From: Stegostoma tigrinum
Lineage: Eukaryota
Length of the DNA: 64,000 nucleotides
Reading direction: 5' to 3'
Assembly: GCF_030684315.1 (NCBI RefSeq)
Contig: NC_081360.1
Location: 86,851,780 to 86,915,779, forward strand
Below the pieces are notes generated by a model, which worked only from the letters and a program-made list of their open reading frames with translations, had not been told where the DNA came from and did not search any database. The translations under genes were made by a program, and so were the position numbers. Below, in pieces: positions 51,901 through 60,900 of this stretch. Every line of letters starts with the position of its first letter. The stretch's first letter is position 1.

Positions 51901-54900
51901 ATATTTTATCTGAAGTGCTTTAATAATATGCAAACCAGTAGCACAGATTAACTTGCCATTCATCATTTTTTGATATAATCTTGCTGAAATGAATTTGATT
52001 TAATCTTCCACAAGTTTGCCTGTATTTTGGCACTCACTTAATTAAACTTAAAAATATTGCTTCACAGCTAGGAATGTCTTACTTCACTCTGTAAGTCATA
52101 GGAGTGTTTGGCTCGTAGAATTTCTGGAGTGTCCCAGGCAAAGCAGCCCATGCCCTTCAGCCAGTTCAGGTCATCCTTATACACAAACTGTAACATTGAA
52201 AAATAGAGTTAGTAAAAGTTGACATCTCCCTCTATCAGCTATTTTGTTGTACTGATGCCAATCATTAAAACAACCACAGAACAGCAAAGAGAGCTTCCAA
52301 GGATGTTAAATTCCTCTGAAAACTTCTGTTCCAGAAACACCAAGATGAAGTTGTAGCTAGTATTCTATATTATGTGGAGATAAAGATGAATGGTTGAAAC
52401 ATAGCAACATCAGGAGCATCTTCATTTTGTGTTTGAAATATATTAGCAATACTACTTTTAAACTGCTTCATTATTTTAATTGGAAGGCTCAACTATAAAC
52501 AGTATAGTTGAGGAAAACCACAAAGGCAAGACTCCCAAGCTGGCAAAACCAGCTTCCTCTCACCTATACCTTTCTCCCACCTCAGGCTGCACCTCCATTT
52601 CCTACCTACGAAACTCATCCCGCCCCCTTGACCTGTCTGCCCTCCCCGGACTGATCTATCTCCTCCCTATCTCCCCACCCATACTCTCCCCTGCACCCAT
52701 CTTCTCCTCTATCTATTTTCAATCTGCATCCCCCTATCTCCCTATTTATTTCGGAATCCTCTCACCATTCCCCATTTCTGATTAAGCGTCCAGGCCCGAA
52801 ACGTCAGCTTTCATGCTCCTAAGATGCTGCTTGGCCTGCTGTGTTTATCCAGCTCCACACTTTGTTATCTTGTTTACAATTTCATTTGTTGCTCCATCGA
52901 CTGCACCACCATGGCAAGTTGTGATTACATTCTACCATGATTGAGACACTGTAGAACTGTTCTTTGCAGCTCTATTATCCACTTTGGTAAAGGCCAAATA
53001 TAAAATTGCTGTGATTAGTCTGCTTTCCCTATAGGATGTAATTTGTAGTTAGAGGATATACTTATGAACTGTGCTTCTCCCGTGGACTAAACCATACACG
53101 GTTGTCCCTCCACGGGTTTTATTTAAATGGCCTCTGTTGGTTGTTAGATGTCTGTACTGGACCAGCCAGATTGCTACAGTTCTGAGCTGGCTACATTTCT
53201 ATCTTAACTATGACTACCTCTCCCTTCTTGTCAGTAAATCCTGTAAACTCTTTGCACTATAATATACACCGAATGAAGCTTTCTCATACACAGTGTTTCT
53301 CTCTTGGTCCTTTTGGAATCTCAATCACATGTAACATATTAATTCCCATTATACTACAGGCTCCAGACCCTCCATGTATATAATAAATCATGTCTCTCCT
53401 TAATGCTGCACCATTCACCGTTAAGACCCATGAATATATTAAGTTGTCACTTACATCACTTAGGATCTCTTGTGCTTTCTTTGCGTGGATTACATCATGC
53501 TCATCAGGCAGGCAGGTCCAATGATGAAGGTAGGTGCGGTATTCAAGGTCGCTGAGAATATGTTGGCATCTCTTTGCCACAACATTGCTAATCATGTCAT
53601 TGGGGAGGTGAACTGCAGCCTTAGTATCTTCGTAATTCTTCTTATATTCCAGCTAAGAAAGGAAACAATAATTATATAAAATACAGGAAATGGAATGTGA
53701 GGTTAAATACCAAAAATATTCACTGGCACCTCTCCTGGAATAGAATTTGAAGTGACAATTCACAGAATGTTGAGTGAACTACTGGTCCACAGAGTGTGTT
53801 GAAATGAAATTCTATTGTCATCCAAGGTTTGCTTATGCAAACTTCAAGACAAGTCAATTGGATAACAATTGACAACAAGAATCTTGGCTGCATTTCCCTA
53901 TCCTAAACAGAATGACTGATATTTACTGTATTAACTCTACTTTAACCTGAAGTTGCTGATTTGAGCTTTATTGTTTCAACACTACCCAGAGGTATTGAGA
54001 TGACCTGCATGTTTCCAACTGTAAACTGTGGGGTGTGTTCTTCATCTATGCAGATCAATAAATCATTGATTAAACCCATAAATAATAACAGTTATTGGCT
54101 GGGATTTATATCATTCCAAATATTATTCTTCTAAGTTATTAACATTCCCTTGTTCAAAAAAAATTCCAGGCCATTTAATCTTACTTCAGTGGTGGGAAAA
54201 TCATTGGAAAGGACTCTGAGAGGTTGGATTTATGATCACTTGGAAGGGCACAGTTTGATTCATGATAGTCAGCATGGATTTGTGAGGGGTAGATCATGTC
54301 TCACAAACCTTACTGAATTCTTTGAAGAGGTGACTAAACACGTGGATGAAGTTGGAGCAGTAGACGTGGTGCACATGGATTTAAGTAAGGCACTTGATAA
54401 GGTTCCCTATGGTAGGCTCATGCAGAAGGTAAGGAGGCATGGGATGGGGGAAATGTAGCAGATTGGCTGATCCATAGAAGGCAAAGGGTGGTAGTGGACG
54501 GAAAATATTCAGCATGGTGCTCAGTTATGAGTGGAGTCCCATAAGGATGTGTTCTGGGCCCTCTTCTATTTGTGATTTTTGTCAATGATTTGGTTGAAGG
54601 AGTGAAAGAGTAGATTAGTAAGTTCACAGATGATACAAAGGGTCACATTGTGGACAGCGCGGAGGGCTGTTCTAAGTTACAAAGGGACATTGATAGAATG
54701 CAGAGCTGGGCTGAGAAGTGGCAGATGGAGTTTAATCCTGAAAAGTGTGAGGTGATTCATTTTCGATGGACAAACTTGAAACGAGAATACAGGATTAATG
54801 GAAAGATTCTTGGCAGTGTGGAGGTGCAGAGGATCTTGGGGTTAATGTGCACAGTTCCCTGCAAGCTGCCATACAGGTGGATAGAGTTGTTAAGAAGATG

Positions 54901-57900
54901 TATGGTGTGTTAGCTTTCATTAATAGTGGGATTGAGTTCAAGTGCCGTGAAATTATGTTCCAGCTATACACAAGCCTGGTTCAGCCACATCTGGAGTGTT
55001 GTGTCCAGTTCTGGTCACCTGATTACAGAAAAGATGTGGAAGTGTTGGAAAAGGTGCAGGGAAGTTTTACCAGGATGTTGCCTGGAATGGAGGGAAGGTC
55101 TTACAAGGACAGGTTGAGAGAGCTAGGGCTTTTCTCTTTAGAACGACAAAGGATGAGAGGTGACTTGACAGAGGTGTACAAAATGATCAGAGATACAGAT
55201 AGAGTAGACAGCCAGAGACTAGACAGCCAAAGACTTTTCCTAGGGTGGAGGTAGCTATTACGAGGGGGCATAGTTTTAAAGCGAGTGGAGATAGACATAG
55301 GGGAGACATTAGAGGTACGTTCTTTACTCAGAGAATGGTAGGTGTGTGGAATGCATTGCAGGAGAAGGTAGTAGAGTCGGCCTCATTAGGGCTATTTAAG
55401 CAGCTATTAGATAGGCATATGGATGATAGTATAAGTTAGGGGTGGAGGTTAGATAGACCTTAGGATTAGGGTAAAAGTTCGGAACAGCATCAAAAGGGCC
55501 TGCACTGTGCTGAACTGGTCTATGTTCTATTGCAAGAATAACTCTTCTCAGTTGATAGTCTTAACCTAGAGAGAAATATCAAGCAAAGTACAATGAAATA
55601 ACAATGCAGCCTACAAATCGCTGTGCAATCTGCTACTCAGAACTTGATCTCATTGTGCCTGTGCTTTATAAAGTGGAACTACATCTAGCCTATTCCAGTC
55701 ACCTTGTGATTTAAAAAAAATGTAATTGGCAGGTCATAGAATCCCTATCGTGCAGAAGAAGGCCTTTTGAGTCTACGTGGACCCTTCCACCCAGACCCAC
55801 ACCCTTTCCCTGTAACCCCACATTTATTATTGCTAACCCAACTAGCCTGTATATTCCTGGATACTACAGGGCAATTTTAGACAGGCTAATCCATCGGACC
55901 TCCATCTGTGGACTGTGGGAGGAAACCGGAGCACCCAACGGAAACCTACGCAGACACGGGGAGAATGTGCAAAATCCACACAGTCACCCCAAGGCTGATA
56001 TCAAGCCTCAGCAGCTGCCACTATGAGGTAGCCACTGTGCCACCCTAAATGAAAAGACAAGTTCTAAAACACATCACATATTACTTGGATATGCGTTTGT
56101 TGCACCTGTTATACAATCTACTCATTTAGTTTGATATTATGTGAGGATCTCAACTCAATTCAATTCAATTCTGCAGATGTTATGAAATCATTATGGAGGA
56201 TACTGACAGTGTGATAATATATAGGCCTAGTTACTATTCAATCCAGACTATATGCAACACATGCCAAGAAGGAGGGATCACAAGCTTACAAGCAGACCAC
56301 TTCCCAAGTCTGCAGTTGATACAACGTATGGAAAAGTGGAGGAAAACCTTAATGAAGATTTCCCATTTGAATTTGCTTGTGCTTCCCAAAGATCCTTCCA
56401 CACAACCATTGTCTGCCCAATGGCTCTCTTCTGCACTGTGACTGAAATTCGAAACACAGAACAATGTGGTTCAGGAAAACTACTTACAGGTCTAATGAGA
56501 ACAGATCTTGTTATCAATAAGGTGTACTATATTGCATGTCCGTAATGATGCATAAGTTATATATTGTTCCAGAAACTATGAGGACAACTATGATGTTTTA
56601 CTCCTTTAAGATCCAAACCTGTTCTTCCACCATGCCCATATGATACCATCATAGTTGGTGATATTTAAAGCACATCTCAGTATTTACCCTTTCAGACACT
56701 TTTACTGTTATACAACATCTTATGCCATTGCACCCATCTGTGATCATATTCATCTGCCACTTTTACCCATTTGCCAGCTTGAATACTTCATGGACTGCCT
56801 CACTACCACCTCATTTATATACGTCCTACTGACACACCACTTCATCCCATGTGCCACCCTATTCCTTGCCACCTCAAAGACCATTTTTTAAAATCATTCA
56901 TAGGTTGTGAGCATCACTGGCTTAGCCAGTAGTCTCACTCACCCTATCCCATTACCCAGGTACCTCAAAACCTATTCTCACCCATTCATATACTCACTAA
57001 TATTGAAACTAAACTCTTAACTTACCATACAGCAGTCAGTGTCAAAAAGAAAAGAGCATCTGCCTCTCCCAAACCCTGCTCTGCTGCACTTTCAGAGGAA
57101 TGCTATGCTCTACACTTCTGTTAAAGCCAGACTCAAAGGTTCCAGAAGAAATGCAGAGAAACTCCGAAGTTGAGGAAAAGTTTGAGTGGAACGGCCATCT
57201 GATAATGATTGCTAATCTCCAGAAAAACCATTGTCTCTCATCTTAACTACCTATCCTAACTCCATTCACCAGGCTTGGGATCACGTCCCTTTTTATGTTC
57301 TCTGGACAAGCATCAGAAGCATTGCAGTAGTTAAGCTTGCAAAGAAGGTGTGCACTTGTGTTCTATAATAATGGCGCACTGGATGACAGAATATTACCAA
57401 ATGATAATATAATGTTTTTGATTATCTAACAGGTTAACAATTTTCAAATGATACATACCATGTTCCTCATTTTATCCATAGCCATTGCATGGATTACAGC
57501 AGGGAAGTCCTTGATATCTCCTCCAGCCAAGTAATGCCCTTTGAGTTTTTCATACAGCTCCTTGTACTTCAACTGGGAAATCAAATTCATGTTTGTTAGC
57601 AAACACATGTAATAAATGAATGCCATGAGAAAAAAAGACCAACGAATTGAGAATTAGATTCTACTTACTTCACTGCTTACGTTATCAGCATGTTTAGCAA
57701 CAACCAGTGGCAGATAGTCTGGAGGCAAGGTGTATCCTAAAGCTTTGTGGCTATCCCAGTCATCCTTATAAACTTTCTGTGTGATATAAACATGTTTTAA
57801 TATAAAGAGATGAAGCCAAAAACAATACTGTCAGACAACAACTGAGTCAATCTGCTTCTCCTAATGAATGAGATTTATTACTTAATAGTACTAATTATAT

Positions 57901-60900
57901 GACATAAAAAAATTAAAAAGCAGCAACTTTGTAAGATTGAGTTATTTTCAATCATTATTAATTTGACTTGATTAAGCAAATGATTTGTTTAATTGTTGTT
58001 GGTTGTTAAGTAGTTTCTGTCGGGAAAAAGTTATAGGGCTCAAGTCAAAAGAAAGAGTTTATGGTTTTGTGGTCACTGTTCTATGACTCAAGCCTATATA
58101 ACACGCTAACACATGTGGCAACATGTCAAAATAAAAAGAGTCTTATGCAAGCATACAACTATATGTTAAAGAGTTTGAGCCTATTGATATGTTATGCATA
58201 TGAAAACATCTACATATATGTTTGTACATATAATTTCAAAAATATATAAAGCAATTTGTTCCAGTGTGAGTCTTGTCACCATTTTAATCTTTTAAGATGT
58301 CTTCTTTGGGATGATAGTTAATCACTAAGACGTAACGCTAATACTCTAAGCAGATGCATAAACTGTTCAATATTACAATCGAATCTTGGTAAAGATCAAT
58401 GGAGCTGATAAAATAGGAGGGCCAACCTGTCACAAAATAGATGTTGTTAAAGAAGAGACTGACCTATGAAAGAATGAATCAGGTGACAATAGGATGAGAT
58501 ATCAATAAAATGACCGTGAGTTAATTTAAAAAGATCAATCAGGAATTGGGCATGTATTGTTTAATGAATTCAAGAGTAACCATGAACTAAGTTCCATTTT
58601 CATTTATTCATGGGGCATGCAACGCTGGGACAGTATTTATTGCCTATCCCTAATTTCCCTTAGTTTAGTTAGTCCCCCAATGATGTTAGGGAAGGAGTTC
58701 TAAGATCTTGAACCAGCAACAGTGAAAGAATATCGATATATTTCCAAGTTATGGTGGTGAGTGACTTGGACGGGAACTTGAAGGTGACATTGTTCCCATG
58801 TGTCTGCTTTGCTTGTCCTTCTAGATGATAATATCATTTTTTTTCTTAAAATTAACTAATAGAATGTGGCCAGCACTTTTTCCCACTCCTTGCTGCCCTT
58901 GAAAACATGGTTGTGAGCTTTCTTTTTGAACCATTTGAACTACTTGGTATAGGTAGACTCAAAATGCAACTGGGGGTGGGTTCCAGAATTTTGACACAGT
59001 GATACTGAATGAACACTGATATATTTCCAAGTCAGGAAGCCCAGTTGCCCAGAGGGAACTAGCAGCCAAGGTGTTCCTATGTATCTGCTGCCCTTGATAA
59101 TGATTGTGAGCTTAGAACATCTATCTAACGAGCCTTGGCAAATGTCTGCAGTGCACCTTGTAGATGGTACACATTACTGCTACAGTTTGACAATGGTAAT
59201 GGAATGAATATTCGGATATGGTCCCAATCAAGTGGGCTGCTTTACCCAGGATGGTGTCAAGCTTCTGCAGCATTGTTGGAGCTACACTCTTCCAGGCAAA
59301 TAAATTCTACATTCCTGAGTGGTGCTTTGGTAGTTGGTAGGCAGGCTTTGAAGAGTAAGGATTTGACTTATTTGCTGCAGGATTCCTAACCTTTGGCCAT
59401 AATATTTATATGGCTAGTCCAGAATAGTTCATGGTCAATAACAACACCCAAGATGTTGATAGTGAGGGATTGTGTATTGGGATTGCCATTTATTGTCAAG
59501 AAGCAATGGCTATGGAAAACTTAATAACTTCTGTAAAACTTGTAAAAACATATTTGTACCTGGAATGAGTTTTGTAGTGAATGGATTCTCATAAACCTTC
59601 TATTGTTCTTTCAAACTTGGTCTACAATTGTAACTGATGTAGGTCTTACAAATAAAGTGTAAAATCATACAACATGATTATCAACAATTAAGTCACATTT
59701 TCAACACAAAACATATCAAAACTCACCTGACTAATATGCTTTGCCATTTTCCTTGAATGAGCCAAATGGGGATAGTCAGCAGCACCAATATACTTGCCCT
59801 TGTCAAGGTTAAATGTCTCTTTGTACTTCAGCTGATAAAAATAACATTAGTAACCTTATTAAAAACAAAACATTGTAGCAATGGCTTCAACATCCAATGA
59901 ACATTGAAACAAATGTGAGGAAGATTGGTACAACAGGTCGACACAACATTGAGGGCCAAAGGACCTGTACTGTGCTGTAATGTTCTGTGTTCTATGTTCT
60001 TAAGTGTGGTAAAATTGTTATAGTAAAAAACTTAAACTGGAGCTTAGTATGTGAGATTAGCCATATCAGTCATTTATTCACTACCATATTTCGAGTTAAT
60101 AAATATCAACAATAGCCTGCAGACAATTCTCAAAACACTCAACACTTCCATTCAGCTTGAGAGAGTGTCAAAAATTTCACAAGCCAAAATTGACTAATTA
60201 AGATTAATGGAGTTTGAGGCCTCACTCAAAATGTTAATTCCATTTCTGTCACTACCACTGATGCTACCAGACTTGCTGAGCAGCTCCAGACCTTTATTTT
60301 TGTTTTAGATTTCCAGAGCCACAGTAGTTTGTTATTATATTAATGAAATAAGATTTAATAGAATCCCGTGAATATAAATAAGCTATTCAGCCAATGGAAT
60401 TTGTTTCACCATTCACACCATGGCTGATTGTTACTTCAAACTCAACTTTCTCACCTTTTTACCCTATCTCCTGCTAATGTTACAAAATTAAACACTATAT
60501 CTTTATCTTAACATAGCCAGTCATTGCCACAACCAGAAGCATTTGTGGAGGAAATCATATAGTCCCACAATCACAGATTCATTAAGTATTACAGCACAGC
60601 AAGGACCTCATGGCCCACCGAATCTGTTCCAGGCATCAAGCACCGATCTAGTCTAATCTCATTTCCCAGCACTTGGCTCAGAGCCTTGTATTCTATGGCA
60701 TTTCAAGTATTCAAATTACTTCTTAAATATTGTGAGGGTTCCCACCTCTACCATCCTTTCATGCAATGAGTTCCAGATACCCACCACCTTCTGATCTTAA
60801 GTCACCTCCAAAGCACCTATCCCTTACCTTAAATTTATGCCAAACGTAATTTTGTAGACCACAGGTCACCCATCAATCTTCTCTTCTCCAAGGAAAACAA

